Positions 26,465-36,131 of a stretch of 43,920 nucleotides of DNA are shown here, piece by piece; the stretch's first letter is position 1, and each line of letters begins with the position of its first letter. The stretch comes from Candidatus Liptonbacteria bacterium (GTDB lineage: Bacteria; Patescibacteriota; Minisyncoccia; UBA6257; 2-01-FULL-56-20). Location: the NCBI GenBank assembly GCA_016204355.1, contig JACQKT010000014.1, forward strand, positions 1 to 43,920. Direction: 5' to 3'. Both the position numbers and the translations under genes were made by a program. The notes under the pieces were generated by a model. It was not told where the DNA came from. It was given only the letters and a program-made list of their open reading frames with translations, and did no database searches.

Positions 26465-28300
26465 CTATGGTTCAACTATGCCCCTGATGCGCCTGACTCC
26501 GCTGCCGACCGCCTCTTCCTTTACTATTTTGAATATTCCGATTTCTCCCGTATGCGCAACGTGCGGCCCTCCGCAGAATTCCTTGCTCCAGGCATTCTCC
26601 AGGTTTTTACCTATGAAATAAACATTCACCGGGTCGGGATATTTTTCCTTGAAGAAAAAGAGGGCTCCGGTTTTTTCGGCTTCCGATTTCGGCAAAACCG
26701 ATTTTTGCATCGGTAAGTCTTCTTTTACTTTCTCGTTAACCCTGTTTTCAACGGCTTTTATTTCTTCGGCTGTAAGTTTCCGAGGAAAAGCGAAGTCGAA
26801 CCGCGTGCGCTCAACCGTTATATCTGAACCCATTTGTTTTACCTCGGGGCCCAAAACGTCTCGCAGCGCCTGTTGGAGCATATGCGTCGCCGTGTGAAGG
26901 CGTGTCACTTTTTTCAGCTCTTCCTCGTTCGCGGCTTTGAGTTCACCCGTATCCAAAAGAAGACCGTGCCCGCCGAATTTCTTTTCCTGTCCGGCGCGGG
27001 AGATTTCCTGGTGTTTTTGAAATTCTTTTTCGAAACCTTCCTCGTCGATGTTGACCTTATGCGAACCTTCTTCGGCGAGGTCTTTTATTATGTCGAGAGT
27101 CAGTCCGTAAGTTTGATGGAAATGAAACACATCTTCGCCGGAAATATTTTTTGGTATATGAAATTTGTATGGCTCGCCTCTGTATTCCTGTGCTTTGAAC
27201 TCGGGATATTTTTTAAAGAATTCCTTTAGGCCTGCGTCCATTGTTTTTTGGAAGCGTTGCTGTTCCTCACTAAAAGCCTTGAGAATCTCGGCGTGTTGGC
27301 TATTGAGTTCTTTATAAAAATTGCCGTAGAAATCGATTATCTTGTTTATAAGCTTGGGGAATGCCTCGGGCGAGCCATAAACCTTTTTTGACCTAATAAT
27401 GGCACGACGAATCAGACGCCTTAAAATATAGCCCGCGCCTTTATTGCCCGGACGAACGCCGTCGGCGAGCAAAAAAACGCTCGCGCGCAAATGGTCTGCT
27501 AAAATCCTACCACTTTCCAAAAGTGCACCTTCAGCGGCTAAGAAAAATGGTTTCGCAAACAAATCCGTCTCAAAAATCGTTTTTGTTTTTTGCATACACA
27601 TTGCCAATCTTTCCAATCCCATACCGGTATCCACGCCCTGTATCCTCAACGGTTCGAGTTTTTTCCCGGGAACGCCGGCGTTTAATTCTTCCCGGGAACC
27701 CGGATATAAATACTGGTTGAAAACTATATTCCAAACTTCTATGTCCTGTCCCGCGCCGTTTTTACAGTAAATTTCAGTAGTCGGCCCACACGGACCGGAA
27801 GAACCGGTTGGACCCCAGAATACATCGTCCATTCCCTGCGAACGTACGTCGGATACTCCGAGAGATTTCCAGATTTCTTCCGATTCCGTATCGCGCGGCA
27901 CGCCGATTTCGTCTTTCCCCTCGAAAACCGACACCCACTCGATTTTAAGACTCATTTCTTTCGTTATGAACTCGTGCGCATAGCTAATCGCTTCTTTTTT
28001 GAAATAGCCGCCAAACGAAAAATTGCCGAGCATTTCGAAAAACGTGAGATGTCTTTCGTCGCCTACCTCGTCAATATCGGACGTGCGGAAAGATTTCTGG
28101 CAGGAGGCGGCGCCGATTTTCCCCGGATAATCTTTTGCAAAATCAAGTTCGCCCGTGAAATACTTTTTGAACTGCTGCATTCCGGCCGTGGTCAAGAGAA
28201 CCGACGGGTCGTCCGGTATCAAGGAAGAAGACGGAACGACAGCATGCCTGTTTTTTTCGAAAAACTCCAGAAACTTTTTTCGTATTCCTTCTGATGACAT
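26465..28300 (-). CDS. alaS: Alanine--tRNA ligase, short form lacking the C-Ala domain
   Basis: TTAGMQ, HLTFFEMLGNFSFG, DTGMGLER, editing HTATH..CGGPH; ends GVRRIRG; start ATG 28300. Confidence 0.95.
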   Translation of the reverse strand: MSSEGIRKKFLEFFEKNRHAVVPSSSLIPDDPSVLLTTAGMQQFKKYFTGELDFAKDYPGKIGAASCQKSFRTSDIDEVGDERHLTFFEMLGNFSFGGYFKKEAISYAHEFITKEMSLKIEWVSVFEGKDEIGVPRDTESEEIWKSLGVSDVRSQGMDDVFWGPTGSSGPCGPTTEIYCKNGAGQDIEVWNIVFNQYLYPGSREELNAGVPGKKLEPLRIQGVDTGMGLERLAMCMQKTKTIFETDLFAKPFFLAAEGALLESGRILADHLRASVFLLADGVRPGNKGAGYILRRLIRRAIIRSKKVYGSPEAFPKLINKIIDFYGNFYKELNSQHAEILKAFSEEQQRFQKTMDAGLKEFFKKYPEFKAQEYRGEPYKFHIPKNISGEDVFHFHQTYGLTLDIIKDLAEEGSHKVNIDEEGFEKEFQKHQEISRAGQEKKFGGHGLLLDTGELKAANEEELKKVTRLHTATHMLQQALRDVLGPEVKQMGSDITVERTRFDFAFPRKLTAEEIKAVENRVNEKVKEDLPMQKSVLPKSEAEKTGALFFFKEKYPDPVNVYFIGKNLENAWSKEFCGGPHVAHTGEIGIFKIVKEEAVGSGVRRIRGIVEP

Positions 28301-28327
28301 AAAAATATAACGCAAATCTACGAATGC

Positions 28328-28386
28328 ATGCGAATGCCGCGAATATAAACTATTTGTAAAATTGGCGGAATTTGCGGCATTCGCAT
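28328..28386. repeat. Inverted repeat between rpoD and alaS
   Basis: ATGCGAATGCCGCGAA-N27-TTTGCGGCATTCGCAT. Confidence 0.7.
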
Positions 28387-28390
28387 TACG

Positions 28391-29593
28391 CTACACAAGG
28401 TTCTCGAATCCTTCGAGCGCTTTTGTCTTTCCGTGCTCCCTTATTTTTTCAAGCGCTTTGGCTTCGATTTGTCTTATTCGTTCCCTGGTTACGCCAAAGA
28501 CTTTCCCTACCTCCTCGAGTGTGTGTGTTACTCCGTCCTCCAAGCCGAACCGCATTTTCAAAATTTCCCGTTCGCGTTCGGTCAAGTCGACTATTATTTC
28601 TTTTATAAGGTCGCGTATCAAAGTCTGCGCGGCCTGCTGGACCGGCGTCACGTTCTTTTCGTCCGGAATGAAGTCTGAGAGCGTCGAATCTTCTTCGTCG
28701 CCGACCGGCTGTTCGATTGAAAGGACTTCCTGCGAAATTTTCTGAATCTGCCTTACTTTGTCCACCTCTAAGCCCATTTCCGCGGCAACTTCTTCCGCCA
28801 AAGGATCGCGCCCCAATTCCTGTATCAGCTGGCGCCGCACTTGGGCATACTTGGAAATTGTTTCCACCATATGCACCGGAATTCTTATGGTTCGCGACTG
28901 GTCTGCAAGCGCTCTTGTTATCGCCTGGCGTATCCACCATGTCGCATATGTCGAAAATTTAAATCCTTTGTGATAATCGAATTTTTCCACTGCGCGCGAC
29001 AAACCGATATTGCCTTCCTGAATCAAGTCGAGAAGGGTCAGGTTCGGCGTCCTGTTGGCATAGCGTTTTGCTATCGAAACCACGAGGCGGAGATTCGCTT
29101 TCATTAGTTTCTGCCTCGCTTCTTCGCTCCCTTTGATAATTTTTTTGGCAAGGTCTTTTTCTTCGTCCTTTGTCAAAAGAGGCGTTCGCCCTATTTCTTT
29201 CAGATAAACCTGGACCGCATCCGGCGTTCCGCGCTCGAATTCGAGGGCGTGCTCTAGTTCCGCACTTCCCACCTCCTCTTCTTTCGAAAGATTGATAAGC
29301 CCGCCGGTTTCGATGACTTTTATGTTGGCTTTGTCGAGTCGGTCGTAAATCTCGTCAAGAAGCGAGACTTCTTTTTCTATTTTCGGGAAATAATAAAGTA
29401 TTTCGTTGTCGGTAACGAAACCTCTCGGTTTGCCGCGGTGAATAAGTTCGTTCAGCGCGGATTCATTGATTTTTGAGAGTGCTTTGCCGGCAGCCGGTTT
29501 TTTCCCTTTGGCATGAATTTTGCCTTTTGCAGGCTTGTAGCCAACCCTTCGTTTAGACTTTTTTTGCGCTTTTCTTTTTTTCGCCTTTTTCAT
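28391..29593 (-). CDS. rpoD: Primary sigma-70 factor
   Basis: [41 protein letters not shown]; Lys-rich N-terminal tail. Confidence 0.97.
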   Translation of the reverse strand: MKKAKKRKAQKKSKRRVGYKPAKGKIHAKGKKPAAGKALSKINESALNELIHRGKPRGFVTDNEILYYFPKIEKEVSLLDEIYDRLDKANIKVIETGGLINLSKEEEVGSAELEHALEFERGTPDAVQVYLKEIGRTPLLTKDEEKDLAKKIIKGSEEARQKLMKANLRLVVSIAKRYANRTPNLTLLDLIQEGNIGLSRAVEKFDYHKGFKFSTYATWWIRQAITRALADQSRTIRIPVHMVETISKYAQVRRQLIQELGRDPLAEEVAAEMGLEVDKVRQIQKISQEVLSIEQPVGDEEDSTLSDFIPDEKNVTPVQQAAQTLIRDLIKEIIVDLTEREREILKMRFGLEDGVTHTLEEVGKVFGVTRERIRQIEAKALEKIREHGKTKALEGFENLV

Positions 29594-29719
29594 ATAAATT
29601 TAAAGGGATTCTTGGCGAACCCCTGCACTGCACATTCTTATTAATATACTATTAAATTCACATAAATTTCCAGTTTCCGGCGCATTTGGGCCCGGCAACG
29701 CAACAGCCACAGAATGAGA

Positions 29720-31414
29720 TTACAAGCCCGGGAGATTATCCAGTTCCTGCATTGCCTTATCGACAAGTTTTTGATCGTTGGACTGTTCGGCTTCTTTGAT
29801 TATTGACGTCAACTCACGTCTTCTTTCTTTCAGGTATTCCTTGTAAAGTTCTACCTTCAAAGTTTCGAATTCTTCCGTACTTGCCTCCCTTTGCTGAAAA
29901 ACTATTATGTTGAGCAATTCGTCAATCGCAGGATCGTCCGAGCGCCGCACTCCGTCTTTTAAAAGAGAAAATATTTCGCGGTAATTCCCCGGAAGATTGG
30001 AGAAAATTTCTTCGGTTCCGCCGAAGTCGCCCTTGTGAAGCATCCATGCAAGGCAACGCTGTGAAAGAATTTCCCGTCTGTAAAATTTTTTGACTGCAGC
30101 CGGCTCGGAAATCTCCTCTTGTTCCGCTTTTTTGCCCGTCGGCGTTCCCCTTTCCATTTCCTCGACAAGCGTCAATTCGCCGACGCCGGTTCTCTTAGAA
30201 AGCTCTCTTAGCCAGAACGATTTTAAAACGGGACTTGTTACATTCCTGATTTTTTCGAGTACCGCTTTGAGATTCCGGAAATTTTCCCGGTCGCGGACAT
30301 CGAATTTTCCGCCGGGAAGATATTTTTCGAAATAAAACTCCGCCGCAGGCTTGGCGTTTCCTATGATTTTCAAAAAATATTCTTTGTCTGAAAAAGCGGC
30401 GTCCGCCGGATCCTTGTAATCGTGAAATACGGCTACCTTGACGCCGAAATCGGCGGCTTCGGCAAGATCAATGGCCCGCTCTCCCGCCTCCCTCCCCGCC
30501 TCGTCATTGTCGAAACTGACGACTAACTGGTCTGTCAGCCGCCGAAGAAGGCGGAGATGGTCGCCGGTCAGCGCCGTTCCCGAACTCGCGACAACGTTTT
30601 TTAATCCTGCCTGCCAGCTCATCAAAAAATCCATCTGCCCTTCAACCAAAAAAGCGAGTTTGGCGTCGCGGATGAAATTTTTGCTTTTCCAAAATCCGTA
30701 AAGAATCTTAGACTTGCTGAATATCGGCGTTTCAGGACTGTTGACATATTTGCCCGACTTACCGTCATCGAACTGGGGCAGTATCCTCCCCGTAAAACCT
30801 ATTACCTTGCCGAGGTGATTATGTATCGGGAACATTATGCGTCCGCGGAAACGGTCGAACTGCAAACCGCGCTCGGTTTTGAAAGAAAGCCCCGCCCTTA
30901 AAATATCGTCCGGGTGAAAACCGGAATTGATGAGATGCAAAACAAGCGTTTCCGAACCGGATGGAGCGAGTCCTATTTCGAATTCCTTTATCGTTTCTAG
31001 GGTCAATCCCCGCCCCGAAACGTACTCCTTGGCGGATTTCGAGTTTTCGAGTTCCCTTTTGAAAAACTCTTTTGCTTTTTCGTTGATGTCGTAAAGAAGG
31101 CCTATGTGTTTGTACTCCGCAGGGCTTACGCGTCTGAGTTCCACCCCGGCTTTCTCAGCGAGTACTTTCAATGCCTCGCCGAATTCAATATTTTCGTAGC
31201 GCATCAGGAAGGCGAAGATGTCCCCGCCTATGTTGCAGCCGAAACAATGCCAAGTCTGCCGCTCGGGCGAAACCATGAATGAAGGGGTTTTTTCCCTGTG
31301 AAAAGGGCAAAGCGCCTTGAAGTTCTTACCCGCCGGTTGAAGCTGGAGATAACCCTTCAAAAAATCGGCTATGTCGAGACGCTCTTTTATTGTTTCGACA
31401 GGAGTGCTTGCCAT
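29720..31414 (-). CDS. dnaG: DNA primase
   Basis: CPFH..CFGC zinc domain, KYVNSPET, VEGQMD, FDNDEAG, KDPAD. Confidence 0.97.
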   Translation of the reverse strand: MASTPVETIKERLDIADFLKGYLQLQPAGKNFKALCPFHREKTPSFMVSPERQTWHCFGCNIGGDIFAFLMRYENIEFGEALKVLAEKAGVELRRVSPAEYKHIGLLYDINEKAKEFFKRELENSKSAKEYVSGRGLTLETIKEFEIGLAPSGSETLVLHLINSGFHPDDILRAGLSFKTERGLQFDRFRGRIMFPIHNHLGKVIGFTGRILPQFDDGKSGKYVNSPETPIFSKSKILYGFWKSKNFIRDAKLAFLVEGQMDFLMSWQAGLKNVVASSGTALTGDHLRLLRRLTDQLVVSFDNDEAGREAGERAIDLAEAADFGVKVAVFHDYKDPADAAFSDKEYFLKIIGNAKPAAEFYFEKYLPGGKFDVRDRENFRNLKAVLEKIRNVTSPVLKSFWLRELSKRTGVGELTLVEEMERGTPTGKKAEQEEISEPAAVKKFYRREILSQRCLAWMLHKGDFGGTEEIFSNLPGNYREIFSLLKDGVRRSDDPAIDELLNIIVFQQREASTEEFETLKVELYKEYLKERRRELTSIIKEAEQSNDQKLVDKAMQELDNLPGL

Positions 31415-31506
31415 TGGTGAAATTCTAAATTAAAACAATGCTCTCATGCAAATGTTTCCAAAAACGCAGTTTTGGGCTAAAATATGAAAATAAAATAACC
31501 ACTAAT

Positions 31507-32202
31507 ATGCTAAAGGTTACAAATCTTTCGGTTTCTCTGGACGGTGAAGCCATATTCGAGAACATAAATTTTGAGATAAAAAAAGGAGAAAACCTGGCGA
31601 TAATAGGGCCGAACGGCTCCGGCAAAACCGTGCTATTGAAAACATTGCTCGGCTTTTTTCCGTATGAAGGGGAAATAAAATGGGCTGAAAACGCCAGAAT
31701 CGGCTACGTTCCCCAAAAAATAGAGGCCGACCGCCACTTGCCGATTGACTTGGAAAATCTCATAAACGCCAAAGCTGCCGTTTTGGGTCTTGAAAAGTCC
31801 GGCGTAAAGACGGTAATAGAATCCGCCAAAATAACGGAAAAAATTTTGAAAACGCCGATAGGTCATCTTTCCGGAGGGCAATTCCAGCGGGCGCTTATAG
31901 CCTTCGCTCTTCTCGGAAGACCGACCATCATGCTCTTAGATGAACCGACGGCAAGCATAGACCAGCTCGGCGAAGAACAAATTTACGAACTTATCAACGA
32001 ACTTCAGGAAAAATACGGCATAACGATAATCCTCGTTTCTCATGACCTTAGCGTAGTTTATAGATATGCAACGAAAGTGCTTTGTCTTAACAAAACAGGA
32101 ATCTGCTTCGGTCCCCCGGAATCGGCCTTAACCCCGGAAGTTTTCAAAAAATTGTACGGCGAGAAACACAAATACGTTCACCACCACGAAAGTCATGCTT
32201 AA
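31507..32202 (+). CDS. Zn/Mn ABC transporter ATPase (ZnuC-like)
   Basis: GPNGSGKT, GYVPQK, LSGGQ, LLDEP, SHD, His-rich tail; start MLKV at 31507. Confidence 0.9.
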   Translation: MLKVTNLSVSLDGEAIFENINFEIKKGENLAIIGPNGSGKTVLLKTLLGFFPYEGEIKWAENARIGYVPQKIEADRHLPIDLENLINAKAAVLGLEKSGVKTVIESAKITEKILKTPIGHLSGGQFQRALIAFALLGRPTIMLLDEPTASIDQLGEEQIYELINELQEKYGITIILVSHDLSVVYRYATKVLCLNKTGICFGPPESALTPEVFKKLYGEKHKYVHHHESHA

Positions 32203-32962
32203 TGAAACCTATTCGATAGTTTTAGCAATTTTTGCGGCCAGCGCGGCCGGGCTCGTGGGCGCTTTCGCTCTTATGAAAAAAACAGTCCTTGCCGGCGATG
32301 TCATGTCCCATGTGGCCATCCCGGGTATAGGTTTGGCTTTTATATGGCAGACCAATCCGCTCATCGGCGGGGCGTTAACGCTTTTTCTGGGTGCGTTCGT
32401 AATCTCGCGCCTTGAACACAGAACAACGCTTTCCTCGGAAGCGGCGATAGGCGTAATCTTCGCAGCTTCTGTTGCTCTCGGCGCGCTGCTTATAAACTCC
32501 GAAGAAGAGCTGATAGACGCCCTTTTCGGCGGATTCGGAAAATTGTCGCGGGGCGAATTTATATTCGGAATCGTTTCAAGCATTCTTATAGTCGCCGCAC
32601 TATGGGTTTTGAGAAACAAGCTGATAATCAGTCTTTTCTCCAAAGACCTGGCGGCATCAATCGGGATTAATGTGAGGGTTTTGAATTTTTTGTTTCTCCT
32701 CCTTTTTTCTTTGGCAATACTTTTGGGTCTGCGGTTTTTGGGCGCGCTTCTTGCTGGAGCGCTTATAATAGTTCCCGCTTCCGCGGCAAGGCAGTTGTCT
32801 CACAGCTTGGGACTGTTTCTGGCCCTCTCGATGTTCCTCTCGATTCTCTCGATAGTTCTCGGGTTTGTAATTTCGTCCGCTTACGGACTCGACCTTGGAC
32901 CGACAATTGTTGTGGTGGCATCGGCCATTTTTGCCTTCAGCCTGCTGAAAAAGAAGAATTAG
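32195..32962 (+). CDS. Zn/Mn ABC transporter permease (ZnuB-like)
   Basis: GDVMSHVAIPG, LFG, GALL..ALIIVPA. Confidence 0.88.
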   Translation: MLNETYSIVLAIFAASAAGLVGAFALMKKTVLAGDVMSHVAIPGIGLAFIWQTNPLIGGALTLFLGAFVISRLEHRTTLSSEAAIGVIFAASVALGALLINSEEELIDALFGGFGKLSRGEFIFGIVSSILIVAALWVLRNKLIISLFSKDLAASIGINVRVLNFLFLLLFSLAILLGLRFLGALLAGALIIVPASAARQLSHSLGLFLALSMFLSILSIVLGFVISSAYGLDLGPTIVVVASAIFAFSLLKKKN

Positions 32963-33030
32963 CGCACAATTAAAGTCGACATTTGGTATAATTTCACCAA
33001 GAAAAATCTTGGAAGCTGTTTGTTGCGCAA

Positions 33031-34989
33031 ATGCAAAATTTTTCGAGAAATAATTTTTTCACCGCCCCCGTTTTTGTTCTCGCTCTTATTTTGGCCGTTT
33101 CTTTGTCCCTTATGCTTTGGGCGTCTTCGGGCGATTCGGCAATAATGGACGAACTGGCGCATATCCCCGCGGGCTACGGATACGTCAACAATCTCGATTA
33201 TCGCTTGAATCCCGAACACCCTCCTTTGGTAAAGGCGTTGTCGGCTATTCCTCTCGTTTTTTCAGATTTGAATTTTCCGACAACCCAAAACTCCTGGAAG
33301 AATGAAGTTAACGGCCAATGGACGATGGGAACGTCCTTTCTATACGAATCCGGCAATGACGCGGATTACATATTGCGTTCTGCCAGAATTGCTCCGATAT
33401 TCCTGACTTTGATATTGATAATTCTGATTTATGTCTGGTCTGCCAAACTCCTCGGAAACTGGTGGGGGCTTTTGTCGGCTTTCATGTTCGGATTATCACC
33501 GACAATTCTTGCGCACGGCCATTATGTAACAACGGACATCGGTGCGGCTTTCGGAATTGCTCTTTCGACGTATTTTTTTATAAAATTTTTGTTTTCTCCG
33601 TCGCTTTGGCGTCTTTTTGCCGCGGGGCTAGCCTTCGGAGCGGCACAACTAATGAAATTCTCGGCAGCTCTTCTTATCCCCTACCTGGCCGTTGTCATGC
33701 TGTTCTTTTTCGTCTATATGGTTTGCAAAGACTGGGAAAAAACCGCCGCCGGGGCGAGACTGAAAAGATTTTCGTTGCGCGCTTTCCGGTATTTCAAATC
33801 ACTGATAATTATTTTTGTCGTAGGATATATAGTTATAGTTTATCCGGCGTATTTCATCTTCACGTTAAATTATCCCGCCGAAAAACAGGCGTCGGACACG
33901 GAATTCATACTGACGTCGTTCGCGGGCGGCCCCACTCCGGCGGGCGAAATTTGCAGTCCGGCGAGATGTCTTGCGGACCTGGACATTTGGATGTCAAGAA
34001 ATTGGATAACAAGGCCGTTCGCGGAATATCTTTTGGGCCTTTTGATGGTGATACAACGCTCAGATGGAGGAAATACGAATTATTTTATGGGCGAGGTTTC
34101 TTCAGCGGGTTCTCCGGCTTATTTCCCGACGGTTTATCTACTTAAAGAAACGATTCCGGCGTTGATAATAATTTTTACCGGATTCCTTCTCGCCGCAATT
34201 TCGGCATTAAAAAAGTTTTTTGGGGGGATCAGAAATGCCATCAAATATTTTTTTACGGACTATATCGGCTCGAACTTCGCCGAATTTTCGATGTTTGTTT
34301 TTGTTCTTTTTTACTGGTTATACAGCGTTAAAAGCCCGCTTAACATTGGCGTCCGCCATCTCATACCTACCTTCCCTTTCATTTACATACTGGCCGCGAG
34401 CGCCTGGAAAAGATGGCTCTATTCCGGCCTCGCCCTGGAACTGAAACCTTTATCCGAGAGAATTGTTTCCTCAGTTAAATCAATCGGCCCGCTTTTTCTA
34501 AAATTTTCTTTCCTTATGGTGCTTCTTTTCTGGGTGGCTCTTGAAACTGCCGGCAATGCTCCCTATTTTCTTTCGTATTTCAACGAAGCAGGAGGTGGCA
34601 CCGTCGGGGGGTACAGGTTCGTAACGGATTCGAATTACGATTGGGGACAAGACCTTCTTCGCCTGCAAAAATTCGTAGACAGGCATCCGGAAATCGACAA
34701 AATAGCCATCGATTATTTCGGAGGAGGAAATCCCAAATATTATTTGGGCAACAAGGAAGTCGACTGGAGTTCTTCGAAAGGAAACCCTGCAACTCAAAGC
34801 ATGCATTGGCTTGCAGTTTCGGTTAACACCCTACAGGGAGCCATACAGCCCTTGGCGCCCGGACAAACCAGAAATTCCGCAGATGAATACGGTTGGCTTA
34901 ACTCGATAAGGGCCCGCGAACCGGGGCTTGGAGGTTTACCTCTGCCGAATTTCAGGGCAGGAACTTCGATATTCGTATACAAACTTTAA
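33031..34989 (+). CDS. GT-C membrane glycosyltransferase (ArnT/PMT-like)
   Basis: MDELAH, NPEHPPLVK, TTD, multiple TMs, DSNYDWGQD. Confidence 0.85.
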   Translation: MQNFSRNNFFTAPVFVLALILAVSLSLMLWASSGDSAIMDELAHIPAGYGYVNNLDYRLNPEHPPLVKALSAIPLVFSDLNFPTTQNSWKNEVNGQWTMGTSFLYESGNDADYILRSARIAPIFLTLILIILIYVWSAKLLGNWWGLLSAFMFGLSPTILAHGHYVTTDIGAAFGIALSTYFFIKFLFSPSLWRLFAAGLAFGAAQLMKFSAALLIPYLAVVMLFFFVYMVCKDWEKTAAGARLKRFSLRAFRYFKSLIIIFVVGYIVIVYPAYFIFTLNYPAEKQASDTEFILTSFAGGPTPAGEICSPARCLADLDIWMSRNWITRPFAEYLLGLLMVIQRSDGGNTNYFMGEVSSAGSPAYFPTVYLLKETIPALIIIFTGFLLAAISALKKFFGGIRNAIKYFFTDYIGSNFAEFSMFVFVLFYWLYSVKSPLNIGVRHLIPTFPFIYILAASAWKRWLYSGLALELKPLSERIVSSVKSIGPLFLKFSFLMVLLFWVALETAGNAPYFLSYFNEAGGGTVGGYRFVTDSNYDWGQDLLRLQKFVDRHPEIDKIAIDYFGGGNPKYYLGNKEVDWSSSKGNPATQSMHWLAVSVNTLQGAIQPLAPGQTRNSADEYGWLNSIRAREPGLGGLPLPNFRAGTSIFVYKL

Positions 34990-35020
34990 TTTCAATTATT
35001 ATTTATATAGATTCAGAATT

Positions 35021-35062
35021 AAAGAGAAACCCCCTGTTTTTTGTTGCAGGGGGTTTCTCTTT
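35021..35062. terminator. Bidirectional intrinsic terminator
   Basis: Perfect 16-bp arms AAAGAGAAACCCCCTG / CAGGGGGTTTCTCTTT. Confidence 0.85.
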
Positions 35063-35210
35063 TCCCTTTCGGGGCGGTTCTGCCTGGGCAAGGTTGATCC
35101 CTTATTGGTTAAATTTTTTCCCCTCAACCGCAATCCGGAGATAACGGCGCTTTTGGAGTAAATTTGTTTTTTTATTAAATGGAATCCCTTGTCTTTAAAG
35201 TGAACCTGCC
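35021..35210 (-). ncRNA. Candidate rod-shaped structured RNA (6S RNA-like)
   Basis: Nested helices GGTTC/GAACC, CAAGG/CCTTG, GATTCC/GGGATC, A-rich bubble, AAATTT/AAATTT, apical CCG/CGG; upstream promoter and downstream terminator. Confidence 0.55.
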
Positions 35211-35212
35211 TA

Positions 35213-35242
35213 ATTATGGTTACATTTATCTGAAAAAATCAA
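35213..35242 (-). promoter_or_regulatory. Sigma70-type promoter for the candidate ncRNA
   Basis: TTGATT-N18-CATAAT. Confidence 0.5.
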
Positions 35243-35317
35243 CAGAAATCAGTGTATTTCGGGTTGATAACTCTATGAATACCTGTTGAGAAATATGTGG
35301 AAAGAGAGGTTTCCCTT

Positions 35318-35860
35318 TCATGAATGCATATTTTTTTGTTCTCTGACTTTTCCGTAGTACCCCGATAGAACCCAATGCACAAGGAGAGCGCTTACAATGC
35401 CGATTGCGGCGCCTGCCACTATATCAAGAGGCCAGTGCACTCCGACAAAAATCCTCGCTAGACCGATTATCAAAGAAAGAATAAAGTACCATATTCCCCA
35501 TCGGCGATTCCATATGTAAATAATCAAAGATAAAGCGAAAAAAAGAGCTGCGTGACCGGAAGGCATGGAACTTCCGCTCTCGGAGATCAAAGCTTGGAAG
35601 CTCAGTGTTTCAAGCGGCCTTGGCGAGTAATAAAAAAAATTGATTATTTCTGTTATAAGACCCCTGCTCAAAATTACGGCGATCGCCGCTTCGCTGGAAA
35701 AGAAAAGTTTTAACCGCCATCCCGGCTGCAGAATAACAAGCCAAATAAATGCCGCGTACAAAAAATAAGGCAGGTATTTGGCGGCAAAAATGCCCACTAC
35801 ATCCAAAAAAAAGCCGCGCCCGCTGAGTCCGTGAATAAAATTGAAAATCAGAGAATCCAT
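35318..35860 (-). CDS. PAP2 phosphatase (undecaprenyl-diphosphatase BcrC-like)
   Basis: RP, SMPSGHA, ARIFVGVHWPLD. Confidence 0.9.
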   Translation of the reverse strand: MDSLIFNFIHGLSGRGFFLDVVGIFAAKYLPYFLYAAFIWLVILQPGWRLKLFFSSEAAIAVILSRGLITEIINFFYYSPRPLETLSFQALISESGSSMPSGHAALFFALSLIIYIWNRRWGIWYFILSLIIGLARIFVGVHWPLDIVAGAAIGIVSALLVHWVLSGYYGKVREQKNMHS

Positions 35861-35884
35861 CCTTCAGTCCCCGAAAGCCCTTAA

Positions 35885-36088
35885 TTATTTCCTGGAGAAA
35901 GCCAATAAACCCAAAAACCTTGCTCGTTTTATGGCTTCAGCCAGTTTTCTCTGGTGCTTGGCGCACACACCGGTGTGCCGGGGGTCTATTATTTTTGCCT
36001 GGCTGGAAATGAACTTCTTAAGAAGATCTGTTTCCTTATAATCGATCTCCTTCATATTCTGCGAACAAAAAAAACATTGTTGAGGCAT
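35885..36088 (-). CDS. rpsR: 30S ribosomal protein S18, zinc-binding form
   Basis: [22 protein letters not shown]. Confidence 0.96.
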   Translation of the reverse strand: MPQQCFFCSQNMKEIDYKETDLLKKFISSQAKIIDPRHTGVCAKHQRKLAEAIKRARFLGLLAFSRK

Positions 36089-36131
36089 GATTTTTAATAT
36101 TGTTTGTTGATTGATAAAACTGATTTATTTG

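Noticed and set aside
35073-35210. SRP RNA, tmRNA or RNase P RNA identity for the structured RNA
   Set aside because: No SRP domain IV motif, no tRNA-like ends, and too short for RNase P
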